From: Paludibacteraceae bacterium
GTDB lineage: Bacteria; Bacteroidota; Bacteroidia; Bacteroidales; Paludibacteraceae
Length of the DNA: 64,000 nt
Direction of reading: 5' to 3'
NCBI GenBank assembly: GCA_017559385.1
Contig: JAFYSK010000051.1
Coordinates: 25,778 to 89,777 of the forward strand
Positions 9,101 to 16,912 of the stretch are shown here, in pieces. Numbering within the stretch: the first letter of the stretch is position 1; every line of letters begins with the position of its first letter. The notes under the pieces are model-generated. The model was not told where the DNA came from. It did not search any database and saw only the letters and a program-made list of their open reading frames with translations. Both the position numbers and the translations under genes were made by a program.

Positions 9101-12100
9101 AACTACATTTTGGGTGTTAGGAATGATGTGAATCATATACAGATACCATTTGGTGTCGCTGACATCCCTTACATAACATTTGCTATGTCTAGTTTTACTA
9201 TCTACCAATGTATGCAAATGCGCTTCCAATTGAGGTACAATTTCTGCTCCACTTGGTATATAGTCTTTATTGGGTATCTGTACCGAACCAAATGCATCAG
9301 AGATATTTTCCGTGTTTTCTGCATAATAAGCGGATATAACATTTCCCTCACCATCCAAAGTTTTCAATTTAACGATACGATTATCGGTGATGTTGTTCAG
9401 TTGGTAGTACACCCATTTATGTTCTAGGTCAGGATTCAATTGCGTATAATCCATACGTACCACCACTGCGGTACTGGCCTCCTCTACGTTAGTCGCTGCA
9501 CGACAACCCATTGTTGCCTGATAGGCTGCCAATGACAAGGGCGATACATACAAGCATATATCGTCAATCATAAAGTCATTACCACCCGCACTCGTCGCAA
9601 AATTGTAGATGCTAACACGCGTTTCGGCATATGACTCTTTGTCACTCAAAACAGGGAAGTTAATTTGTTCCCATACTCCCCCTTTTTTTTCTACAGCACC
9701 TACAAAGAATACACCCACATCGCTCCATTCTTCGTCTTTACCATTGCGACCTTGAATATTACAACGGAAAACAGGATCTACACCGCTCTTGCCTACATTG
9801 CTCAACCACATCGAGCAATACATCGTTTGTCCTGAGCATACAGTAGCATCCGTAGATATACTTGCTACCAATCCAGGTTCACTAGTACCATCCACATATA
9901 GTGCGTAACCATTCAATCTGCCACCGTGATTTTCTGTTGTATATGCCCAACTTGCGCAATTGTCAGGAATCTTGTTGAGCAAGTAATATTCACCCCAATA
10001 TGGAATATATATACTGCTTCCACTCGTTCGACCACGTGGCAAGGCTGCTTCTTCGGGATAAGTATAGCCGTATGACGCTTCATTCCAAGGCAAATGGTAA
10101 TTTAGAAATTTATACCCTTCACCCGGAGCAGGAGCACCAAAACTAAAATCAATCTCTTCAAGCAACATATAGTTGTTCAGAATATCGTTGCGAGTAATAA
10201 GTGTGGTGGTGCTAGGTCCGCAATCATTCACAAAATTCACTTCGAATCTCGCAATACGCACATCTCCATCGTCAATCTTTCCGTTCAGATTGACATCTAC
10301 ACCTAGTTCGTAAACTTTCTTACCTGTAGAGCTAACAGTTAATGATAGATAGTCTTTAGCTGTATAACTCACTGGTGTTATATCTGTGTATTCTTCACCA
10401 TTAACCTCAAACCACTTGGCCGTTACACCATCTTTGCCGACACACTTGTAACCACCCGAGGCATTCACTCCATTAACATAATAATAGTAACTCTTATCCG
10501 ATTCGTCACCTCCGCCGTAGCGGTAGTCGGTAGTCAAATAGATATTTTGACCAACAGGAGCGGTATACGTGTGATACTCTAAGAATTTGTTTTCCGCTGC
10601 TGCCGCCTTAAATTTCTCTGCCATCTCTTGCGCAGGGCGCAAATGGAATAATTGGCGATAGGATAAAGTGGGTTCTGTGAAGTAATTGTCGGTCCCCCCG
10701 CCTGAATAATCTCTATAATTGCTAATATCGCAAGCAATTATATGTCCATTTCCATCAGCCCAACCTTTGATAACAGGTATAGTTCCTCCCTCTGAATTTA
10801 TTGAGTAGATGCCATAGGTGTCACCAATACTATTATTTAGCAATGTTCCAGCTGGCTGAGTTGCCCATGTTGTACGATCTGATTCAATCGCATTGTATTG
10901 TGGGTTGCCGTTTGTCTGATAATCATACCAACGATAGTAACCGTTGAAACTCGTTTCGGCTATTCGTAAAGTAATTTCCTCATTAGGCAAATAATAGATG
11001 GTCTTTTCTGCGGTATGCACCATCTGCTCGTCAGCGCCGGTATAAGGATTCTTTCCAAACTCTGTGTTGCCATAACCCTTTTGTGGCAAATAAGTCATCT
11101 GACCATCCTTTACTTTCTGCTTGATCGGTATAACCACAGTCTTACTATGCGTATCGTTCGCATCGTCTGGATCAGTATAAGTGATCACTCCTACCAAACG
11201 AGCTTCGCGTTCCGTGGTGTTCTGTGAGTTGTCACTTGCTGAAACGGTCATAACACCGTTGCTGATGGACTCTACGGTCAACCAATTTACAGTGGTCTCA
11301 TCCAACATGCTTTTCGCTGCAAAACTAATTTTCGCTGCGTTAGTTACATTTTCATTTGCCGCGCGAACTATTTCCCCTGCTTTCGTTACTCCGTCAGATT
11401 TGATGATATTAGCACCATTTTGGTGGATACATGTCAAAGTGAAGGTGGTTTGTCCACCTGCTTTACCAAAAGTGTAACTTGTTGGCGATACTCCTACATC
11501 AAATGTAGGCCACTCTTGCAAGTGATATGCCTCGCGTTTGACTTCAGCAGAAACACGGTTGGTTGTCTCTGAATCCTTGCTGCGGAATGTAGCTACTACC
11601 TCGTCTGAATAATCAATCCAATCACCATTGGCATCCACAAGATTCGTTGGACTTGCACCTTTTGCCGTTACAGTTATATTCCACGTGTCTTCTTCGGTTG
11701 TGCTCTTCTCCCAACTCAACTCCAGCATATCGCGCTCCTTAACTTCGCTATCGGCCAATGTGCTACAATTTGCCTTCGAGATAGCACTATTACCATTCTT
11801 TCGCCATTTAAAACTAATATCAGCTAATTCGATCGCTTTTCTCTTTTCTTTGATATTATTAGCAGCTGCAGGAACTGGAATTTGTACATCATCTCTATTT
11901 AGGCAATAATAGTATCCTCCTGCGCCACCGACTTGCTTAAGTGTGAATTTCAAATTCTTAACTTCGTTATTACCAGTTTGATTACAACCAAAGTCAAGGG
12001 AACCAGGTTCAAATTTTCCAGTAACCTCGCCACCTGCACCTCCCGCTAACTCCCATTTTTCGATGGTGAGAATTGATGCTTCGTTTTGAGCTTGTGTTGT

Positions 12101-12523
12101 GGAGTTTTCTTGAATGAAAAATTGATTTGACACAAGAGTTCCTTGCATTATGTTTGCGGAGTTAGTTCCTGTGAAGGTAAATGCTTTAGGGGTTGCTGCT
12201 ATTTGTAATGCTCCGCCTGAGGCAATGCTAAATCCTGCATATTGTCCTGCTTCTTGCATTGATAAATTTGCAAACGCATATTGTCCTGCTACTTCGGATA
12301 CAATCCATAAACAAGTAAGGTCTATTGTAGTTTTACCGTCTAACTTTAATGCTCCAGTCCAAGATTTTGTACCATAAAAATAGTATTCAACCCCACCTTT
12401 TGTATAACTTATCGTCACAATATCACCATCTTGGATGGCGTACAGAGGTTTTGTACTTAACGCTAATGCGCACGCGCACATAAAGGCAACTGCGAAAATT
12501 CTATTACAGAAAAATCGTTTCAT
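6134..12523 (-). CDS. Giant (2129 aa) secreted surface protein with a T9SS type-A-like C-terminal sorting domain
   Basis: Signal peptide MKRFFCNRIFAVAFMCACALALS. The last ~75 aa (...VNVYDLSGRVIAQKSLDLQYNSTAVSVPAGVYVVEAIMRDNSKQFTQAVVW) fit the Por-secretion CTD pattern. I recognised no other domain. Confidence 0.88.
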   Translation of the reverse strand: MKRFFCNRIFAVAFMCACALALSTKPLYAIQDGDIVTISYTKGGVEYYFYGTKSWTGALKLDGKTTIDLTCLWIVSEVAGQYAFANLSMQEAGQYAGFSIASGGALQIAATPKAFTFTGTNSANIMQGTLVSNQFFIQENSTTQAQNEASILTIEKWELAGGAGGEVTGKFEPGSLDFGCNQTGNNEVKNLKFTLKQVGGAGGYYYCLNRDDVQIPVPAAANNIKEKRKAIELADISFKWRKNGNSAISKANCSTLADSEVKERDMLELSWEKSTTEEDTWNITVTAKGASPTNLVDANGDWIDYSDEVVATFRSKDSETTNRVSAEVKREAYHLQEWPTFDVGVSPTSYTFGKAGGQTTFTLTCIHQNGANIIKSDGVTKAGEIVRAANENVTNAAKISFAAKSMLDETTVNWLTVESISNGVMTVSASDNSQNTTEREARLVGVITYTDPDDANDTHSKTVVIPIKQKVKDGQMTYLPQKGYGNTEFGKNPYTGADEQMVHTAEKTIYYLPNEEITLRIAETSFNGYYRWYDYQTNGNPQYNAIESDRTTWATQPAGTLLNNSIGDTYGIYSINSEGGTIPVIKGWADGNGHIIACDISNYRDYSGGGTDNYFTEPTLSYRQLFHLRPAQEMAEKFKAAAAENKFLEYHTYTAPVGQNIYLTTDYRYGGGDESDKSYYYYVNGVNASGGYKCVGKDGVTAKWFEVNGEEYTDITPVSYTAKDYLSLTVSSTGKKVYELGVDVNLNGKIDDGDVRIARFEVNFVNDCGPSTTTLITRNDILNNYMLLEEIDFSFGAPAPGEGYKFLNYHLPWNEASYGYTYPEEAALPRGRTSGSSIYIPYWGEYYLLNKIPDNCASWAYTTENHGGRLNGYALYVDGTSEPGLVASISTDATVCSGQTMYCSMWLSNVGKSGVDPVFRCNIQGRNGKDEEWSDVGVFFVGAVEKKGGVWEQINFPVLSDKESYAETRVSIYNFATSAGGNDFMIDDICLYVSPLSLAAYQATMGCRAATNVEEASTAVVVRMDYTQLNPDLEHKWVYYQLNNITDNRIVKLKTLDGEGNVISAYYAENTENISDAFGSVQIPNKDYIPSGAEIVPQLEAHLHTLVDSKTRHSKCYVRDVSDTKWYLYMIHIIPNTQNVVVGDDSDIYLEKNKDYQLVIAHDPAELAKANCSSTTPIYPTTDTYIELKDTEGSVERVECRDELCANNIYFLNVRVENTFASGIGGGLETMGAEIHADWLVGEESDDVYCHMRTMTEEERNASNQAFEQKYGCDRHTLREAISHMRQMPSLDTPNPNYQEEDVDKLVTTSFFDAEDLALIKRLCAEGKLTLYKKSVQFYMGSEEIVRYWAYPVAQDASIEFNGNTYPLFDCDEPLWVKVQSSYSEYAVNLSPLDKENQTHKQRLEIPSVRILEGTTEVAIPIKELLDSTLLSTNLDFAPGRDTLKFSYHTPIPRVLEYVSITDAAIRVVEAPATLEVGEDYLMRMAFYDQDGNAYIQGDTTDCRVGYVYFYLSVVPKTVQWTGAVSNIWGDDGNWKGVRADGSLTDKGFAPMAETNVILPNGAAPIIQEEDLHPMDVNYSPHACNNIYFKVGSMVYNQHLLEYKKAFVDMQIGAANWNSMAPPLKGMYTGDMYVPHEGQVSVEYDDVTDHSNYPFAVSGFKGTRTSKAPYVFWQSLYNKRVTIYHENGNQSYPALTETALFAQTNSLGQTLPVGSGYQVLGFGPTRGAGDEIIVRLPKPDTYYSYFNKDGSESSQRVSVSHSNRLAFDPDQSGNMTITLTNDIASKQFMFGNPTMGEIDMAEFLAANSHILAAKYYTMEESAWKAENWYTITSDPASGMLAPMRSVMLELKEGVEAKKSITVSLSKDHMNASAPARQKSRRIALDGEDEEAQLMTIYANCDNGHARCMLASYAYASDIYNGDEDALFISSGVEQGVNFASATSPINMYTVSKQVPMMVDVREHIDTVPVSMLVHDDYRTEEVVFSFYLSRNWNKKCYFCDAVTGKRYRILDGLILKMEMPQNHENRYYIEGPDRASNNDVTTSTNNPSKPEMGAEINIWAYSPEQGKMVVASDDIMKAVNVYDLSGRVIAQKSLDLQYNSTAVSVPAGVYVVEAIMRDNSKQFTQAVVW

Positions 12524-12528
12524 ATCAA

Positions 12529-13080
12529 TTAAGATTTTATGGATTTTACAAACTTGTGATTCTTAAACCACCGTACTACAGCATATGCCGCCGCCATTAG
12601 TAACAATGGCAGTAGCACATCGCCTACAGGACTAGCAAAACTATCATCTAACTCACCTGTAGGTGGGGTCTCGTAGTCTTCTCCGGGGAACTGAATGACG
12701 CGACGCAAAGATTGTGCACCGGAGCCGTCTGAGTTCTGTGTTGAGTTATTTCGATGGATTGTAATGAACGAACCGCCCCAAGCTTGTGTGTTTACATTAC
12801 CAGCTCCATATGAGTTGATTGTTTTGCTTGAACTACGTGTGGTAATGATACTTCCACCAGAATAAGATATGGATGAATGTTCAGTATGATTCTTGAATCC
12901 CGCTTCTGTCCTAGCATGACTGCTATATCTAACGATTCGAGATCCGCCTATAAAGTTGGTTGATAAGTTACTTGATAAGTTGCTCTGAAAACTATTACTC
13001 ATCACGGTATAGTCAGTGTGTGAAACGCCGTATGACGTTCCTGTGTAAGAGATGCTATGTAATCCTTCTGAATTAAACAC
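12529..13080 (-). CDS. Ser/Thr/Asn-rich protein with a single C-terminal TM anchor
   Basis: It lies 5 nt upstream of the giant gene. The C-terminus is ...ASPVGDVLLPLLLMAAAYAVVRWFKNHK. The start at 13080 is GTG; an alternative ATG lies at 13002. Confidence 0.5.
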   Translation of the reverse strand: MFNSEGLHSISYTGTSYGVSHTDYTVMSNSFQSNLSSNLSTNFIGGSRIVRYSSHARTEAGFKNHTEHSSISYSGGSIITTRSSSKTINSYGAGNVNTQAWGGSFITIHRNNSTQNSDGSGAQSLRRVIQFPGEDYETPPTGELDDSFASPVGDVLLPLLLMAAAYAVVRWFKNHKFVKSIKS

Positions 13081-13301
13081 TGTGATAAGCTATTTTTTTT
13101 GTACCTTTGCTGAGATTTGTAAAATTACATTTTAATGCTTTTAATTTCGCTTGCCGCAAAAATGCGCGCAAAATTACTTCTTTGTCTTTAAAAATGTGTT
13201 GTAGAACATAAATTAAATGTTTCATTTTCGCAAATGGAACACAATTTTATAAAAATAGTACGTTTTTTTAAGATTGTCTTGCATGGTTGAAATATTATTA
13301 G

Positions 13302-13309
13302 TATCTTTG
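13302..13309 (+). promoter_or_regulatory. -7 box TATCTTTG
   Basis: 56 nt upstream of the ATG at 13365. Confidence 0.5.
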
Positions 13310-13364
13310 CAACGTTATTTACGCTATTATGGCCAAGGTTGAATTTTTTGTAAAAACATAAGCT

Positions 13365-14495
13365 ATGGAGATAACAAATCTGACATCTGTCATGCACATT
13401 GCTGCCACATGGGCTCATGTGTTCCTATCGCTGGCTGCAGCTATATTGCTTTTTATCAAACATCATATGCCAAAGGAGCGTTCACAATGGTATATTGTCA
13501 CCTTTTTTGGCCTATCTTCTTTGGCTGCTATTATCGAGGTACTGGTTATCCTAATTAATCAACGTACTCTTGACAATGTCCACCTATTTGACGGTCGACT
13601 GATACTAACGGGTGCCATCACACTCTCGTTCCTAATCATCTACTATTTAGACCTTTTGCGCCCACAATGGCTTAACGTCAAACGCTACATTTTGCTCTTT
13701 GCTCCCGGCGTAATAGCTATCGTTATCGTAATCGTGAGTTTTATTCTCGGTCACTTCAAGCATATTCATTCTCTAGCAGATATACGTGAAGCTTGGACAA
13801 GCATCGATTTCATCGCTCGTTTCGTACTAGCTATATCACCTTTGCTATACATCTTTTGGATCATGTCGCTATGTATGCGCGGCCATTCTGGTTACAAATG
13901 TCCTCGTATTATGATGCGCGGCACCATGCTTATTTCTGCAGCGTTGTGTATCACCTTCTTCCTAAGCCGAGGATTCAATTTCTTTATTGCATACATGATC
14001 CATGAGGCAATATTTATTACGCTTGGTGTATTGCTAATCTATGTTGAACATTACGAGCGACTGCATATTCCGCTGGAGGAAGTACTAAGCTACTACGTGC
14101 CCAAATCGCTGCCTAAGACCACCGATGTTACCATCAGCCAGGTAGCAGAGCGATTGCAAGCACTACTAGAAGATTCATCCGTCTGGAAAGATCCTGATCT
14201 TACCGGCGATAAGTTGGCTCAATTGGCTGCTACCAATCGTACCTATGTCCAACAGGCAGCTAAGGAATTGGGATTTGCAGGTTTGGTCGAGATGATTCAC
14301 CATCGTCGTATTGATTATGTTTGCCAGCAATTGCGTCAGGATCCATCCGCTTCTATTCAAGATCTATTCTTTGAAGCAGGATATAGATCTCGTACTACTG
14401 CTTGGCGACACTTTAGTGATATCGTTGGATTCACTCCAACCGAATTTGTTGAGCGTAATAGTACCCCTAAGAAACAGGGCAATCCAATTCGCTAA
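13365..14495 (+). CDS. Membrane-bound AraC-family regulator (about 7 TM helices plus a C-terminal HTH)
   Basis: About seven hydrophobic helices are followed by ...TNRTYVQQAAKELGFAGLVEMIHHRRIDYVCQQL....AGYRSRTTAWRHFSDIVGFTPTEF, a typical AraC HTH_18. Confidence 0.85.
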   Translation: MEITNLTSVMHIAATWAHVFLSLAAAILLFIKHHMPKERSQWYIVTFFGLSSLAAIIEVLVILINQRTLDNVHLFDGRLILTGAITLSFLIIYYLDLLRPQWLNVKRYILLFAPGVIAIVIVIVSFILGHFKHIHSLADIREAWTSIDFIARFVLAISPLLYIFWIMSLCMRGHSGYKCPRIMMRGTMLISAALCITFFLSRGFNFFIAYMIHEAIFITLGVLLIYVEHYERLHIPLEEVLSYYVPKSLPKTTDVTISQVAERLQALLEDSSVWKDPDLTGDKLAQLAATNRTYVQQAAKELGFAGLVEMIHHRRIDYVCQQLRQDPSASIQDLFFEAGYRSRTTAWRHFSDIVGFTPTEFVERNSTPKKQGNPIR

Positions 14496-14527
14496 ACATA
14501 TATTCCTATCGATAGCTACTACGCATT

Positions 14528-15643
14528 ATGCATTTCTCGTATATTGAATCCATATACAACCTCGTTCTTCTGGGCATACACATCTTTGTGCAGCTAGTGG
14601 CTGCTGTGCTGATTTATATCAAACGCCACGAACCTAAAGATCGTTCTTGGCGCTATATATTCACCTTTTTTACCTTATCTGCACTAGCATCCGTAGTTGA
14701 GATGTTTATGATGATGCACAATGCTATTGTCTTGGACTTCTACAAGCTACTTAACCCTTCGATCATTATCCCTGGATTCTATATCTTCGCCCTGTTGATT
14801 TGTTATATCTTAGAACTGACTAATCCCCGTTGGCTAACCGTCATGAGGGCAATAGTACTATTCCTACCTAGCATCATTTTGGCTGGATATGTGATATACT
14901 ATTATTCTATTGGTGATATTACCAATATCTATAGTGTAGCCCGTATAAAGGCTGTGAGTGATACTCCTAATGTGATTGCTCGAATAGTTTTTATGTTGGT
15001 TTTTGTGCTATATCCAATTATGTTGGTTGTTCTTCGATTCAAGTGGAAGAAGCCGCAATTACAGAAGTATATTGATGTGCTCATACTATTTGCCGCGTTG
15101 TTGTGCGTGTCGTATATCCTTAGTCGTGGCTTACAAATATTCAGTGGCTATCTATTGCACGAACTCTTGTATATATTGATAACCATTGGTGTCCTCTATT
15201 TTGAATTCTACGAGCGCCTGCATATTCCACTGGAAACTGTTCGTACCTATTACGAACAACCAGAGGTGCCCAATAATACGTTGATTACAGTCAATGTAGT
15301 TGCAAATAATCTGCGCGAACTGATGAATGATGACAGTGTATGGCGTGATCCAGAATTAACTGCCGATAGGGTGGTGCAACTAGTAGGCACCAATCGAACC
15401 TATATTCAGCATGCTGCCAGACAATTGGGCTTTGCCAACCTGTCAGATATGGTACATAGGCGTCGCGTGGATTATATATGCGAATGTCTGCGCAAAGATC
15501 CTAATGCCAATATACAAAATATCTTTTGGGATGCTGGTTATAGATCTCGAGCCACTGCGTGGCGAAACTTTACCAATATCGTAGGATGTACTCCTACAGA
15601 TTTTGTTTATAGAATTACCCCCCCAGCGGACGTAAACAACTGA
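14528..15643 (+). CDS. Membrane-bound AraC-family regulator, paralogue of the preceding gene
   Basis: Same architecture and collinear motifs: HEPKDRSWRYIFTFF versus HMPKERSQWYIVTFF, EHYERLHIPLEEV versus EFYERLHIPLETV, and the same HTH. Confidence 0.85.
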   Translation: MHFSYIESIYNLVLLGIHIFVQLVAAVLIYIKRHEPKDRSWRYIFTFFTLSALASVVEMFMMMHNAIVLDFYKLLNPSIIIPGFYIFALLICYILELTNPRWLTVMRAIVLFLPSIILAGYVIYYYSIGDITNIYSVARIKAVSDTPNVIARIVFMLVFVLYPIMLVVLRFKWKKPQLQKYIDVLILFAALLCVSYILSRGLQIFSGYLLHELLYILITIGVLYFEFYERLHIPLETVRTYYEQPEVPNNTLITVNVVANNLRELMNDDSVWRDPELTADRVVQLVGTNRTYIQHAARQLGFANLSDMVHRRRVDYICECLRKDPNANIQNIFWDAGYRSRATAWRNFTNIVGCTPTDFVYRITPPADVNN

Positions 15644-15702
15644 TATAGAATGGTTTATGGTGGCTTATTGCGTAATTTAGCTTAAGAGCATGGCTGTATA
15701 TT

Positions 15703-15734
15703 AACAAGAGATGCAAAATTTTGCATCTCTTGTT
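15703..15734. terminator. Perfect 16+16 palindrome, bidirectional terminator between convergent genes
   Basis: aacaagagatgcaaaa / ttttgcatctcttgtt. Confidence 0.75.
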
Positions 15735-15763
15735 GTTTGTTAGATAAGTGAGACTGCTAGTGC

Positions 15764-16870
15764 TTATCTCAACTGCATGGTATAATATAGTCCAATAGTG
15801 TCGCCTGATTGTACCTTCTGTAGGTCTTGTAATATGCGTTCGGGGTGAACGGTGCCTGACTCCCAAAAGTCATTGGCTCCAGAGGCTAGCGTGCGGCGAC
15901 GGAAATTATAAACATGGCCTGTCTGAAAGGCTTTGAACCATGTGTGCTTTTGGTCAATAGATGACAATTCTGCCATACTATTTGCTTCGCATCCGACCCA
16001 CACATCAGCTTCGGCAAAGTCTTGCAAGGCTTGCTCTATAGTCAGCGGAATGGATGTTGTAGATGGATTGTCCTCGTACTGATATTGTGCGCCAGCATCG
16101 CGGAAGAGGTGGCCCATGAATGTTCCTCCCGTAGGTACATACCATGTTCCTCGCCACGACATTCCGGACATGATGCTCGCTTTGCGAGTGTTCAGTAGCC
16201 CTGCGGGCTGTTCAGAATGGTTCAATGCTTCGCGTTCAGAGTTGCCTTTTCGCCTCATCGCCTCATCGCCTTTCAACTGCTCATATGCGTCTCTGACACT
16301 CGCGTATATACTATCCGCCATTGACTGGCAGCCGAAGATAGCCCCGAAGAAGCGTATCCATTCTGCCCGCTTGAGTGGGGTGGTTTCTGTCCATTCATTG
16401 CAATAAAAGACAGGAATACCCAATGCCTCAATCTGTCCTGGCACCTGATCACCTTCGGCATAGGTGGAGATGATTACTGCATCGGGTTTGGCGAGCAGAA
16501 TAGCTTCCATATTAGGCTGAATGTCATCGCCAATGTCTATCATAGTCTTGCGTTGCTCATCGCTAAGGTTATAGATGCGATTGGGGCGACATACCCCAAT
16601 GACCTTGTCCATCAAACCTAGTTCGTGCATAAAACCCATATGCGTGGCAGAAGTGCATATGACGCGTTCTAAAGGGCGAGTCATTGCATATTGCGCCATC
16701 ACTTCCCCTTGTTGCCATGGCGAGTGAATCGTAATGTGCGTAGTATCGCCCGACTGAGCAATATCAAAGCCTGCGGTATCATCCGATGCGGGTGAACTAA
16801 CTATAGGTTGGCATGCCGTGCACACCAACCCAAGTAAGCACAATGCTATGTGAAATTGTATTTTGAGCAT
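15764..16870 (-). CDS. Periplasmic-binding-protein type 2 (BtuF / siderophore-type) ABC substrate-binding lipoprotein
   Basis: Lipobox LVCTAC and a Peripla_BP_2-like layout (..VICTSATHMGF..DAVIISTYAEGD..). It carries the in-frame repeat at 16190-16270. Confidence 0.8.
   Translation of the reverse strand: MLKIQFHIALCLLGLVCTACQPIVSSPASDDTAGFDIAQSGDTTHITIHSPWQQGEVMAQYAMTRPLERVICTSATHMGFMHELGLMDKVIGVCRPNRIYNLSDEQRKTMIDIGDDIQPNMEAILLAKPDAVIISTYAEGDQVPGQIEALGIPVFYCNEWTETTPLKRAEWIRFFGAIFGCQSMADSIYASVRDAYEQLKGDEAMRRKGNSEREALNHSEQPAGLLNTRKASIMSGMSWRGTWYVPTGGTFMGHLFRDAGAQYQYEDNPSTTSIPLTIEQALQDFAEADVWVGCEANSMAELSSIDQKHTWFKAFQTGHVYNFRRRTLASGANDFWESGTVHPERILQDLQKVQSGDTIGLYYTMQLR
16190..16244. repeat. 55-nt element, copy A (inside a CDS)
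   Basis: gttcagtagccctgcgggctgttcagaatggttcaatgcttcgcgttcagagttg. It differs at 4 positions from copy B. Confidence 0.9.
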
Positions 16871-16912
16871 ATGTAAGTCCCTCCCTTAGAGGGAGAGATT
16901 TAGGGTAGGCTT

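Noticed and set aside
13188-13418. 76-aa minus-strand ORF
   Set aside because: It overlaps the promoter region and the start of the 7TM-AraC gene and is AT-rich, non-coding-looking sequence.
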